From a virus: a stretch of DNA of 47,159 bases. Below the pieces are notes generated by a model. The model was given only the letters and a program-made list of their open reading frames with translations, was not told the origin of the DNA and did no database searches. Where the stretch lies: IMG/VR virus record IMGVR_UViG_3300005298_000040, positions 1-47,159 of that record; one strand, given 5' to 3'. Shown here in pieces: positions 36,874 through 46,007 of the stretch. Numbering within the stretch: the stretch's first letter is position 1; the number at the start of each line of letters is the position of its first letter. The translations under genes and the position numbers were made by a program.

Positions 36874-37494
36874 TTACTGCTCAAGAATTATTCTTCCCTG
36901 CACCTCAGCTACAAATCTGTATAACATCTTCATCTTGTCACTAAGCTCAATTACTGCATGTGGCCTGACTAAAAAATATGTTCCAGCCCTCGTAAACACA
37001 ACAATCTCATCTCCATAAATATCTACAATCCATCCACTCTCGCTTTCTCCTATAGCATAATCAAGCCTCACATAATCGCCAATGCTGTATATTATCGGGT
37101 CAATTACCTTTGCAACTCTAACCCACATGCTCTTCTTATTTATCGTTATTGCTGACACTCCCTCCTCTATTATTGCATCGTATTCTGCCTTAGGCTTAAA
37201 TGCATATGTGGTTCCGTTAAACAACCTGAACAGCTCATTCTTTATGTTTGCATATGCTATCTTATCATCGGTTCTTACATCTATGCTCACATTCTCTTCT
37301 TTATGCCAGTTTTTAGCTCCTAAATCAAACCATGCAACTCTCTCATTAACCTGATATAGCAATATCCAGTGTGCATCCGCTACATCAACAGCCCTTCTGT
37401 CGTAAATATAATCAATTTCAACGTTCTTCCCATTCAGAACTGCATCTCTAAAATGCCTCAATACCAAACAATACAACAAATCACACAACTCCAT
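36874..37494 (-). CDS. Tail terminator / tail completion protein
   Basis: Position between neck and tube; VSIDVRT...LYRFVAEV. Confidence 0.6.
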   Translation of the reverse strand: MELCDLLYCLVLRHFRDAVLNGKNVEIDYIYDRRAVDVADAHWILLYQVNERVAWFDLGAKNWHKEENVSIDVRTDDKIAYANIKNELFRLFNGTTYAFKPKAEYDAIIEEGVSAITINKKSMWVRVAKVIDPIIYSIGDYVRLDYAIGESESGWIVDIYGDEIVVFTRAGTYFLVRPHAVIELSDKMKMLYRFVAEVQGRIILEQ

Positions 37495-37502
37495 TATCTC
37501 AC

Positions 37503-37943
37503 CTACTCTTTTTCCTCCTCTACTACCTCATACAACGCAGGCCTAAAAAATGGATGTGGCTGTGTTCCATGCTCCTTTATCCACTTTGCTACTGCCCATG
37601 CCACTCTTTCAGCCTCCTTATCATCAAGCCTAAACTTAACCTTAGCCCACATCTTCAGTGGCTCAATCGGTGGTAGTCTTGCCCTTGGGCCAGTTCCAAA
37701 CTCTACAAATCCTGCATATGGAGCCTCGAATCCTACCTCAACTTCATCATCTCCTACTTTTTCAATATATCCGCTCTCAAATAACCTGCCGAATACAACA
37801 CTTCTGTTCTCAATTAACTTCACTTTTGCTCTGAACAAAATCTCATTTGCTATCTCCATTAACTTCTCCATTGCCTCCTTCTTCAATTTCTCTGTAAACT
37901 CATCAAGTCCATCATCAAGTATCTCAATTTCTGCGTCCATCAT
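37503..37943 (-). CDS. HK97 gp10-like neck/tail completion protein
   Basis: APYAGFVEFGT, GTQPHPFFRPA. Confidence 0.88.
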   Translation of the reverse strand: MMDAEIEILDDGLDEFTEKLKKEAMEKLMEIANEILFRAKVKLIENRSVVFGRLFESGYIEKVGDDEVEVGFEAPYAGFVEFGTGPRARLPPIEPLKMWAKVKFRLDDKEAERVAWAVAKWIKEHGTQPHPFFRPALYEVVEEEKE

Positions 37944-37976
37944 AACAATTTCACGCTCAACATTATAAAGTTTTAC

Positions 37977-39671
37977 TCACAAACTGCATTTTCCGCCCTT
38001 GCACCCACCATATGTCATCACTTCATTATTTCTGCTTCCTGTCCTGTATATCGTTATGCCCTTGCATCCGCTCTTCCATGCCATTATAATTGCGTTCCTC
38101 ACATCCTCAAGTCCTGCGTCCGCCCTCATATTTATTGTCTTGCTTATGCTGTTATCTACATACTTCTGAAATGCTGCCTGCATCCTGATATGCCAGTCCC
38201 AGCTGATATCCAATGCATTCACAAACACCTTCTTAGTCTCATTGTCAAACTCATCAATTGTCTGAATTGTGCCCTCATTGTATACTCTCCACAATATCTT
38301 TTCATCATGCAAACCTTTGCTTCTTAACATCTCCTCAAACAGTCCGTGCACTACAAAATATTCCCTGTCCATAACATTCCTCCTGAGATAGACCCAGTTA
38401 AACACAGGCTCAATACTACTGCTGCAGTTCGCTATTATGCTCAATGAACCCGTCGGTGCTATTGCAGTCAATGTTGCATTTCTCATTCTCATTCCTTTCT
38501 TTTCCCACTCACTACCTTTCCATGCCAGAAATGTTCCCTTCTCTTCTGCCAGTATCATACTCGTCCTGTATGCCACATCCCTTATGAACCTCATTACCTG
38601 CTCTGCCTTTTCTATTGCCTCATTGCTGTTATATGCAATTCCAAGCTTTATCAATGCATCATGCCAGCCCATTATGCCAAGTCCTATTTTTCTTGTTCTC
38701 TTTGTTGCTTTCTCAACTTCTTTCAGCTCATAAGGCTGTGCATCTATAACATTATCCAGAAACCTGACTGCAATCTGAACTACTCTTTCAAGCCTGCTCC
38801 AATCAAAATCCTTACCATCTACAAACTTGCTCAAATTTATGCTCCCTAAGTTGCAGCTCTCATAATACATCAAATTCACTTCTGAGCACGGATTTACCAC
38901 ATCAATACTGCCAATATGCTTGCACGGATTTGTCCTGTTTATTGCATCATAGAATAGCACTCCCGGCTCTCCATTCTTCCATGCCCCATACACTATCTCA
39001 TCAAATATCTCCCTTGCCTTAACTACTGCCCACGTGCTGCCGTCTCTTGGATTTATCAATCTCCAGTCGTCGTTATTCAGCACTGCCTGCATAAACTCAT
39101 CAGTAACAAACACGCTGATATTGAAATTGCTGAGTGCTCCCTCTTCATGTTTTGCTCTAATAAACTTCAGTATGTCCGGATGGTCTGCCCTCATTACTGC
39201 AATTGCTGCACCTCTTCTTTTACCTCCCTGCCTTACTTGCTCTATCATCTCGTTATACACTTTCATGAACGATACAGGGCCACTACTCACTCCCATCGTG
39301 CTTCTCACTATATCTCCTTCAGGCCTCAGTGTGCTGAAATTAAATCCCACACCGCCTCCTGACTTTATTATTATTGCAGCCTTCTTCAGAGTCTCAAATA
39401 TTCCATCAATACTGTCCTCAACAGGCAGTCCGTAGCACGCACTGTAACTCAATCCATTACCTGTCCCTGCATTAAACAAACACGGTGAGTTAGGCAAAAA
39501 CTCCAAATTCATCATTATCTCAAAAAACCTCTTAGCCCAGTAGTCGCAATCGTCCTTATTCTCTACTCCTGCTATATCCTCAGCAACTCTTCTGAACATG
39601 TCCTCGGGCTCTTCATCCTTGAGCAAATATCTTCTCCTCAAAATATCAATCGCCATTTCTGTAAACAACAC
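37977..39671 (-). CDS. nrdJ: Class II (adenosylcobalamin) ribonucleotide reductase, no ATP cone
   Basis: FLPNSP, SACY, GGGVG, RRGA, NPCSE, CNLGSINL, TAIAPTGS, SISKTIN, CKGITIYR, C-terminal CKGGKC. No beta subunit in the window. Likely GTG start at 39671 after GGAGGTGA (track 39731). Confidence 0.9.
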   Translation of the reverse strand: MLFTEMAIDILRRRYLLKDEEPEDMFRRVAEDIAGVENKDDCDYWAKRFFEIMMNLEFLPNSPCLFNAGTGNGLSYSACYGLPVEDSIDGIFETLKKAAIIIKSGGGVGFNFSTLRPEGDIVRSTMGVSSGPVSFMKVYNEMIEQVRQGGKRRGAAIAVMRADHPDILKFIRAKHEEGALSNFNISVFVTDEFMQAVLNNDDWRLINPRDGSTWAVVKAREIFDEIVYGAWKNGEPGVLFYDAINRTNPCKHIGSIDVVNPCSEVNLMYYESCNLGSINLSKFVDGKDFDWSRLERVVQIAVRFLDNVIDAQPYELKEVEKATKRTRKIGLGIMGWHDALIKLGIAYNSNEAIEKAEQVMRFIRDVAYRTSMILAEEKGTFLAWKGSEWEKKGMRMRNATLTAIAPTGSLSIIANCSSSIEPVFNWVYLRRNVMDREYFVVHGLFEEMLRSKGLHDEKILWRVYNEGTIQTIDEFDNETKKVFVNALDISWDWHIRMQAAFQKYVDNSISKTINMRADAGLEDVRNAIIMAWKSGCKGITIYRTGSRNNEVMTYGGCKGGKCSL

Positions 39672-39778
39672 CGAATCACCTCCACTATAAAGCAATACAC
39701 AACTGCACCTCTCTTTACTTAAAGCTATCATTCAATGCTCTGTCACATTCAGTTTTTCTTAAAAACTTTGCACACGCA

Positions 39779-40027
39779 TCAATCACCTTCAATCAGCTTC
39801 TCAATCGCAAAAACAATATATGCACATGCATCAATCAAATCATCAAGCAATTTCTCTTTATTGCCCTTACTCAGCATCGTTGTTGCCCTGTATGTTTTTA
39901 TCCTCGCTATCGCAATCAAGTCATCAACAGGTATTTGTTTCCAAGTCTGCTCATATAAGCTGTCCCTTTCATTTATTTTATCAAGCACTGCCTGAACTGC
40001 TCTCTTCATTACCACCACACCAGCCAT
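39779..40027 (-). CDS. DUF1599/Nmad-like all-alpha nucleotide pyrophosphatase-type protein
   Basis: LYEQTW...IKTYR...DDLIDACAY pattern. Confidence 0.6.
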   Translation of the reverse strand: MAGVVVMKRAVQAVLDKINERDSLYEQTWKQIPVDDLIAIARIKTYRATTMLSKGNKEKLLDDLIDACAYIVFAIEKLIEGD

Positions 40028-40641
40028 GCATATGGCCTCTCTAAATCCTCATCATAGATATTTGTGCCTTCAAGAGTCAGTCTGAACAAATCAATGCTCT
40101 TATTAATGCCTGCATTCCTGAATGCCTCAATTGTCTTATTTCTCAGCATCTCCAGATATTCATCATCCGCCATCTGCCTGTATGCATTCGCTCTCCTTAC
40201 ATACACGAGCACTAAACTCAGCTCTCTAAGTTTATCGATATTGTCCCACGCATCAAACTTTCTTAAGTAGTCTGTTACTGCCTTCTTAACTCCTCCATAT
40301 CTCAGCCTGTCCATAATACCCCTCGATATCTTAGCTATAGCCAAAAGTTTTCTCGCATTCTCCACAATATCAGCACTCACCTCAAACAGATTTTTCTTAT
40401 CATAGTTATTCAGCCCCAAATAAGCCTTGCTTGCATCATCAAGATATGCTCTATACATCTTAGCCTCCTGAACAAAAAACTCCTTGGCATAAATCAAATC
40501 CCTTCCTATCGCATCGCTTAAAAAATATGCATTAACGCATCCTCTCGCATACTCTCTTCTTCCTGCCTCAGTATGTGCTCTCGACGCCAAGTATCTCAAC
40601 CCTATAATTACCTTGCCCAAAAAATAGTTCAAGTCAATCAA
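40009..40641 (-). CDS. Hypothetical protein, weak thymidylate-synthase-fold resemblance
   Basis: LVYVRRANAY..MADDEY and GTNIYDED resemble RSND...HIY; no catalytic PC motif seen. Confidence 0.3.
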   Translation of the reverse strand: MIDLNYFLGKVIIGLRYLASRAHTEAGRREYARGCVNAYFLSDAIGRDLIYAKEFFVQEAKMYRAYLDDASKAYLGLNNYDKKNLFEVSADIVENARKLLAIAKISRGIMDRLRYGGVKKAVTDYLRKFDAWDNIDKLRELSLVLVYVRRANAYRQMADDEYLEMLRNKTIEAFRNAGINKSIDLFRLTLEGTNIYDEDLERPYAWLVWW

Positions 40642-41311
40642 CTGCCATCACCCTCGGTGCAACTATATACTCAATTTCGTAACCGTCGCCGGTAATCTGT
40701 ATTATTGCAGGCCTGCCGTCTCCGTATCTTATCAACACTGCATCATCATTACCAAGTGCTGGCTTAATGGCCTCCAGAATCTCAGCACTGTAACAGCTTT
40801 TAGCATCCCCTTTATACTCAGTAAATTCATACCTCACGCTGTCAATGTCTCCCTTTATTATTGCACTGTCTCCACAAAACATTATGTCGCCAAACTTCTT
40901 TGCCAGTTCAATGAGCCTCTTCATGTCAGAGCCAAGCATTTTGATTTCCGTAGTTACCTCAAAATTTGCCTCGCTCGGCACTTTAACATAATCACCTACA
41001 AACTCAGCTATCCTGTATACTATGCTACCACCACTTATTTCTATCTCACCATTCTTCTTCGTTATTGCAACCGGGCTGCTCATAGCCTTAATCGCATTAT
41101 GTATCTTACTCGAATCTACTGCAAGTGTAAAATTCTCATCTGCCTCCAACACATCAATTTTTGCTCTGATAAGTGCTGTCTTTGCATAATTTATTGCCTC
41201 TACTCTCAGCTTGTTGTTTTCTGCATCCACCACAAATACTGTCTCCACTCTAACATTTTTCATTACTTCCAACACCTTATCAAACAACTTCTTATTCACC
41301 ACAACTCTCAT
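40634..41311 (-). CDS. pcn: PCNA-like DNA sliding clamp
   Basis: LRVEAINYAKTALI, AKSCYSAEIL, YGDGRPAII, YIVAPRV C-terminal signature; 225 aa. Confidence 0.85.
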   Translation of the reverse strand: MRVVVNKKLFDKVLEVMKNVRVETVFVVDAENNKLRVEAINYAKTALIRAKIDVLEADENFTLAVDSSKIHNAIKAMSSPVAITKKNGEIEISGGSIVYRIAEFVGDYVKVPSEANFEVTTEIKMLGSDMKRLIELAKKFGDIMFCGDSAIIKGDIDSVRYEFTEYKGDAKSCYSAEILEAIKPALGNDDAVLIRYGDGRPAIIQITGDGYEIEYIVAPRVMAVD

Positions 41312-41880
41312 CTTTTCACCTCCTCAAATCTTGACATTGAATATGCTAACAGAACAGATAACAAATCTTCGAGTTTATCATTCTTTCTCAGATATGCAAC
41401 AATCCATCTCTCATCCTTACGCCTGCATTCATCATTATACCACAGTATCAGCTCCAGCGTTTCGTTATTGCTCACAACTATGGCATTATCAAACCTCCTA
41501 TACATAATAACATACTCATCAACAGTATCAACAAATGAGCTTACTCCAAAATCAAGCAGCACATCGCTATACTCTTTATCGAGCTCTATCTGTTTGTCAA
41601 AGCATCTGAGTACGTCCGCATATATTGTCCTTATGCACTTGCTTCTATCCTTCTCATCACATACAACAATTATATCACGCATGCTCAGATATGCCTCAAT
41701 ATATGCTCTATACAAAGCTCTGAGTCTTGCTGTTATGTTGTCAATCGTGTATCCGTCCTTATGATAGAACCCGAACTCATTTCTCATTTTCTTCCACACA
41801 TACCCGCAGTATATCAAGTAATACCAGTCCTTGCCTCTCATGTTCTTATAGTTTGCCAGATAGTCATCAATTACTTTCAC
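41308..41880 (-). CDS. Hypothetical protein, paralogue A (similar to 42361-42921)
   Basis: YYLIYCG and DIIVVCDEKDRS.C shared with paralogue C. Confidence 0.8.
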   Translation of the reverse strand: MKVIDDYLANYKNMRGKDWYYLIYCGYVWKKMRNEFGFYHKDGYTIDNITARLRALYRAYIEAYLSMRDIIVVCDEKDRSKCIRTIYADVLRCFDKQIELDKEYSDVLLDFGVSSFVDTVDEYVIMYRRFDNAIVVSNNETLELILWYNDECRRKDERWIVAYLRKNDKLEDLLSVLLAYSMSRFEEVKR

Positions 41881-42397
41881 GCACCATCACTCCAGCAACT
41901 ACTTCTGAAATAAAATCTATCACATCAATTCCGTCCCTGTAATATATAACCTTTAATTCGCCTCCGCTCTTCTTCCATAATGCAACAAGTATCTCAAAAT
42001 TGCTGTCCCTAATCTCTATTATCTTGTGTCCACGATGCACATACTGCACCACAACATATCTGCCCGCAAAATATTCAATCAAATATGTCTGCACATCATC
42101 AAAATCAAATATATCCCCGTATGCATCATCAAGCTTAATATCAAAGTTCCTGAGCACCTTCTCATATATGCACGCTATGCACTTTTCTATCCTCTCTACC
42201 TTACTGCACACTATCTCTACTCTATCGTTCATGCTCTTTGCTTCTTCATATAGCCCATACAGTCTTTCGATGCCCTCATATACTCTGAGCCAAAAAGCCA
42301 TGTTATTTCGGTATTGCACACAGTCCTTATCGCCTCTAAGTTCATCATTGCATACTACTTTCATTTTCTCCACCCGCTCCAGTTTGCCATTAAGCAC
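41867..42397 (-). CDS. Hypothetical protein, paralogue B (similar to 42918-43406)
   Basis: VVCN, LY.LY.EAK, LRNF.I..DD.Y.DIFDF shared with paralogue D. Confidence 0.8.
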   Translation of the reverse strand: MLNGKLERVEKMKVVCNDELRGDKDCVQYRNNMAFWLRVYEGIERLYGLYEEAKSMNDRVEIVCSKVERIEKCIACIYEKVLRNFDIKLDDAYGDIFDFDDVQTYLIEYFAGRYVVVQYVHRGHKIIEIRDSNFEILVALWKKSGGELKVIYYRDGIDVIDFISEVVAGVMVRESN

Positions 42398-42921
42398 ACC
42401 ATGAACTCAAGTATACCATCTATGCCATCCTTCAGATATACTGCCCTCCATCTTCCATCATTTCTCCACAGCACAAAGTCCAAATTGTCTCCCTCTTTAA
42501 CTACAAGCACTCCCCAGTCGCCGTGCCACTGTATTGAATAGTTGCATACCTTTCTTGCCTGTATTTTATACTCGTCCCCTCTGATAAACTCATTGAAAAA
42601 CTCATCAATATCATCGTCAAGCATTCTTTCAATATTCGCTATCATCTCTGCAATAATCGGCCTTACACATACGCTTCTGTCCTTCTCGTCACACACAACA
42701 ATTATATCCTTACCTGCTTTCCTTGCCCTCTGATATATTTCATGCATGTCTTCAATTTTTCTTATCAGGTCATACAAAAAATATCCATCCTCCTCGTTGT
42801 GATAGATATTCAGCCTATAGTCCGCACTTATGTAGTCCTTCTTCCCGCAATATACAACATAATATCTTCTCCTGTCCATCGTGAAATAATCCAAGCATAT
42901 ATCAAATACCTGCATAATCAC
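42361..42921 (-). CDS. Hypothetical protein, paralogue C
   Basis: YYVVYCG, DIIVVCDEKDRSVC, VLWRNDG. Confidence 0.8.
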   Translation of the reverse strand: MIMQVFDICLDYFTMDRRRYYVVYCGKKDYISADYRLNIYHNEEDGYFLYDLIRKIEDMHEIYQRARKAGKDIIVVCDEKDRSVCVRPIIAEMIANIERMLDDDIDEFFNEFIRGDEYKIQARKVCNYSIQWHGDWGVLVVKEGDNLDFVLWRNDGRWRAVYLKDGIDGILEFMVCLMANWSGWRK

Positions 42922-43406
42922 TCCCTCGTCATCAGCTCTGTAACTATATCAGTTAAAAACTCGTTCACATCAAGCCCCTCCTTGCACAGCACAACTTTCA
43001 GTTTACCGTCATTGCTCTTCCATAATACAACATCAGTCGTAAATCCCTTTTTTCTGATTTCAATTGTTCTGTAATTCCTATGCCACGTTATTATGTATCC
43101 CTCTTCCAGCCTGACTACAACGTATGTGTAATCATCGTTTTCAAAGTCAAAAATATCTGCATACACATCATCAACTTCAATCTCAAAGTTTCTCAGTATA
43201 ATTTCATATGCTCTCGCCACACAGTCTTTTTCTCTGCCGGCATCGCATACAAACTCTACTTCTTCATTTCTTGCTTTCGCCTCTTTGTATAATTCATACA
43301 GCTTCTCAAGTCTTTCGTATATCGTTGTCCAGTATACTATACCGCTACCTTGACTGCACCCTCCAAACCCTCTCCACTCAGTATTGCAGATTACTTCCAT
43401 ACTCAC
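42918..43406 (-). CDS. Hypothetical protein, paralogue D
   Basis: VICN, LYELYKEAK, LRNFEIEVDDVYADIFDF, VLWKSNDG. Confidence 0.8.
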   Translation of the reverse strand: MSMEVICNTEWRGFGGCSQGSGIVYWTTIYERLEKLYELYKEAKARNEEVEFVCDAGREKDCVARAYEIILRNFEIEVDDVYADIFDFENDDYTYVVVRLEEGYIITWHRNYRTIEIRKKGFTTDVVLWKSNDGKLKVVLCKEGLDVNEFLTDIVTELMTRE

Positions 43407-44635
43407 CTCACCTCGATAACAGCATCAAATCCCTCAACTGCTCTTCCTGTTGTCACAAGTATCTTATTAGCTCTGATTTTCCTCAGCATGTTCACAGCCT
43501 CATCAATATCAAACCACTCTCCGTCCGTTAGCACAACCATCAAACCGTCCGGCCTAATTTTACTCTCATATCTTCTCAACACCGGTGCAAATCGAGTTCC
43601 TCCTCCGCCCCTGAATCTTATAGTCTTTACATTTGCTGCAGTCTTCAATTCATACTCTCCTGTCGCTATTGTATCCCATGTTATGAGCATTATCTTTGAT
43701 GCATGCTGAATCATTGACATAACCTCAGTCATAAACTGTGCAAATTCCTGACTCGTTATTGACCCGCTAACATCCACAAACACCCACACAACTGGCTTTG
43801 TTATAACTTTATAACCGGCCAGCTCAGGCAGTCTTCTATTCATTTTTACCCACGTACACACGTAATTTTTTGCCATGCTGTTATGCATACAGTGCCTCAA
43901 TAACACTCTCCAATCAACCTTTGGCTTCAGTAACTCATCTATTACTATCTCCTCAATACCTGTCAGATTCGCACCTGCATTCTTAGCACTAAGCATGCTG
44001 TCTCTTATTACCTTATCGAGCTCACTCTCTAACTCATCTTCACTCGCATTTATCAGATTGCTGTTGCCCTCGTTAAGAACCTCACCTTCAGTATTATTGC
44101 CACCGCCGCTGCCATCCATCGGTATATCATCTCCTATTCTGCTAATGCCACTCGTGGCCTCTCTGTTAAACTCCTTGTCAAGCAGGTATTCAAACAACTC
44201 TTCAACACTGCACTTCTCAAGCATCTCATCGCTAAAAATCCACAGCCTAAGCAAGATTTTGCTGTCTATTTTCTTCTTCCTTATGAAGTAGTCCACCTTG
44301 CAGTCCATCACTATATTCAACAGCCTCTTAAGATTCTCAATCTCTTTTACTGTCATGCCCGGCCTTATGTATTTTTCAAGTATGCTTGCTCCTCTAACCG
44401 GGTGTTTCATCAGCACATGATATAGCTCATGCAACACAACAACATATCTGTCCCTATCATCCAGCTCTGTCCAGTTTCTGTACAGTATAATCTCTCTACC
44501 GTCAGTCTCTGCTATTTTCTCATTGTTCATCTCATCAACATACACAACTCTCAGATTCTTTGCTAAAAAATAGGCCGGTAAATTCAGCCTCGCCATGGTC
44601 GTCATTATATCATCGTAAAGCTCTTTCACATTCAT
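43403..44635 (-). CDS. DUF2201-type protein: N-terminal HExxH metallopeptidase-like + C-terminal VWA domain
   Basis: AETDGREI, VLHELYHVLMKH, MIDAS DVSGS, GGGGTRF, VLTDG. Confidence 0.88.
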   Translation of the reverse strand: MNVKELYDDIMTTMARLNLPAYFLAKNLRVVYVDEMNNEKIAETDGREIILYRNWTELDDRDRYVVVLHELYHVLMKHPVRGASILEKYIRPGMTVKEIENLKRLLNIVMDCKVDYFIRKKKIDSKILLRLWIFSDEMLEKCSVEELFEYLLDKEFNREATSGISRIGDDIPMDGSGGGNNTEGEVLNEGNSNLINASEDELESELDKVIRDSMLSAKNAGANLTGIEEIVIDELLKPKVDWRVLLRHCMHNSMAKNYVCTWVKMNRRLPELAGYKVITKPVVWVFVDVSGSITSQEFAQFMTEVMSMIQHASKIMLITWDTIATGEYELKTAANVKTIRFRGGGGTRFAPVLRRYESKIRPDGLMVVLTDGEWFDIDEAVNMLRKIRANKILVTTGRAVEGFDAVIEVR

Positions 44636-45780
44636 CCCATCACCCTCTTCAACTTCATGAACTGCCTCTTAAACTCTTCAAACCAGTTTCTGAACTCCTG
44701 ATTCTTTAGCGTCATCATATACAGTTTCTCTTTCTCCTTTGTGCTCATCAATGCAAGCATTATTCCAACTGACTCCCTGTCGTTCTGCATCAGGTAATCA
44801 ATCAACTTTTTCATCTTCCTCATGCCATCAATGTCGTTATTCATTACTGCCTTTCCAAGTTCACTCGCTATCTGTAATGATGCAAAGTATCTTGTATCTA
44901 TGTCCATGCCGCTCCAGTCCTCTGGTCTCTCTATTAACTCACTCAGCTCTGGCAGTTTTATCTTTACAAATGTCTGAAAGTGAGCCCCAGCCTCTGTCCC
45001 TACAGTCGCTATTGCAACATGCTCGAGTTCTCTCTGCTCAAGTTTATGACTCACTAACGCTAATCTTGTCCACGCTCTTGGTGTTGCATACTGATTCAAC
45101 GTCTCAGCATTATCTGGCCTCTGTACAAAGAATTGCCTGTATCTCATTAAGAATGCATACACTCTTCTATCCCAGTCTCCATACTCCTCATCCATATACT
45201 TTGCCCATTGCTCCAGCCTTGGAGCCTTCGTAATAAACACTCTCACTCTGTTTATCACTGGTGCAGGTAAATTCGTTGCTACTACACTGTGCTCTGGTTT
45301 ATTGCCTGCTCCAACTACTAACACATCATCGTTAAGCTTAACAAAACCTACCTTCCTGTCCAGTAGCAATTTATACATCGCAGCCTGCACATCGAGCCTC
45401 TGCACATTAGTTATTTCATCTAAAAACAGAATCCCTGCACATGCACTCATTACTTTTGCCCACAATAGTGGCTTATATCTTACATGTCCATCATCATCCC
45501 TCGGTATGCCAATAAGGTCTGCTGGTTCAACCTCTGTCAGCCTTATGTCGCAAAATATAAAATACCTGTCTGGCTCCTTCATTACTTCATCTGCAATGTC
45601 ATCTGTGTACTCAATGAACTCCTTTCCGCTCTCACTTGCTATTTCTTTAGCCAGCTGTTTTACTATTTCACTCTTCCCTATACCCGGTTCCCCAAGTATT
45701 ATCACACTTGTTCTGTCGCCAACATTATACAGCCTCTTTATCAAATCCTTGAGTTCAACTATTTCGATTTCCATCCTCAC
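44632..45780 (-). CDS. MoxR-type AAA+ ATPase
   Basis: GEPGIGKS, EPADLIGIP, LFLDEI, GAGN, PVINR, ATPRAW. Confidence 0.9.
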   Translation of the reverse strand: MRMEIEIVELKDLIKRLYNVGDRTSVIILGEPGIGKSEIVKQLAKEIASESGKEFIEYTDDIADEVMKEPDRYFIFCDIRLTEVEPADLIGIPRDDDGHVRYKPLLWAKVMSACAGILFLDEITNVQRLDVQAAMYKLLLDRKVGFVKLNDDVLVVGAGNKPEHSVVATNLPAPVINRVRVFITKAPRLEQWAKYMDEEYGDWDRRVYAFLMRYRQFFVQRPDNAETLNQYATPRAWTRLALVSHKLEQRELEHVAIATVGTEAGAHFQTFVKIKLPELSELIERPEDWSGMDIDTRYFASLQIASELGKAVMNNDIDGMRKMKKLIDYLMQNDRESVGIMLALMSTKEKEKLYMMTLKNQEFRNWFEEFKRQFMKLKRVMG

Positions 45781-45786
45781 TCACCT

Positions 45787-45981
45787 CTACCTCAGCCTGT
45801 ATATCGGCTCCCCAAAATAGTATGTCGCCCTCTTGTCACTCAATCTGCACAACCACAGTTCTCCAATTCTGGCCTTGTTCTTGTTCTTAACTATCACATA
45901 CTTGCCGTCCGTTGCTCTCCCTAATACATCCCCTTCCTTGCCAAGCTCGCTGAAATAAATAAACTCATACACTCCCACCAT
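45787..45981 (-). CDS. TRAM-like OB-fold small protein
   Basis: LGKEGDVLGRATDGKYVIV....RIGELW matches the TRAM G..GdgvA+.dG.vvfV...pGe pattern. Confidence 0.55.
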   Translation of the reverse strand: MVGVYEFIYFSELGKEGDVLGRATDGKYVIVKNKNKARIGELWLCRLSDKRATYYFGEPIYRLR

Positions 45982-46007
45982 CCCAACTCACCTCCTAAAA
46001 ATATAAA

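Noticed and set aside
2427-39731. Inteins or introns in TerL, PolB or RNR
   Set aside because: Protein lengths and motif spacing are compact, with no C/S...HN splice motifs or LAGLIDADG inserts seen.
39672-39731. N-terminal extension MIALSKERCSCVLLYSGGDS of the RNR in the ORF track
   Set aside because: A GGAGGTGA RBS lies within it just before an in-frame GTG at 39671, the more likely start.
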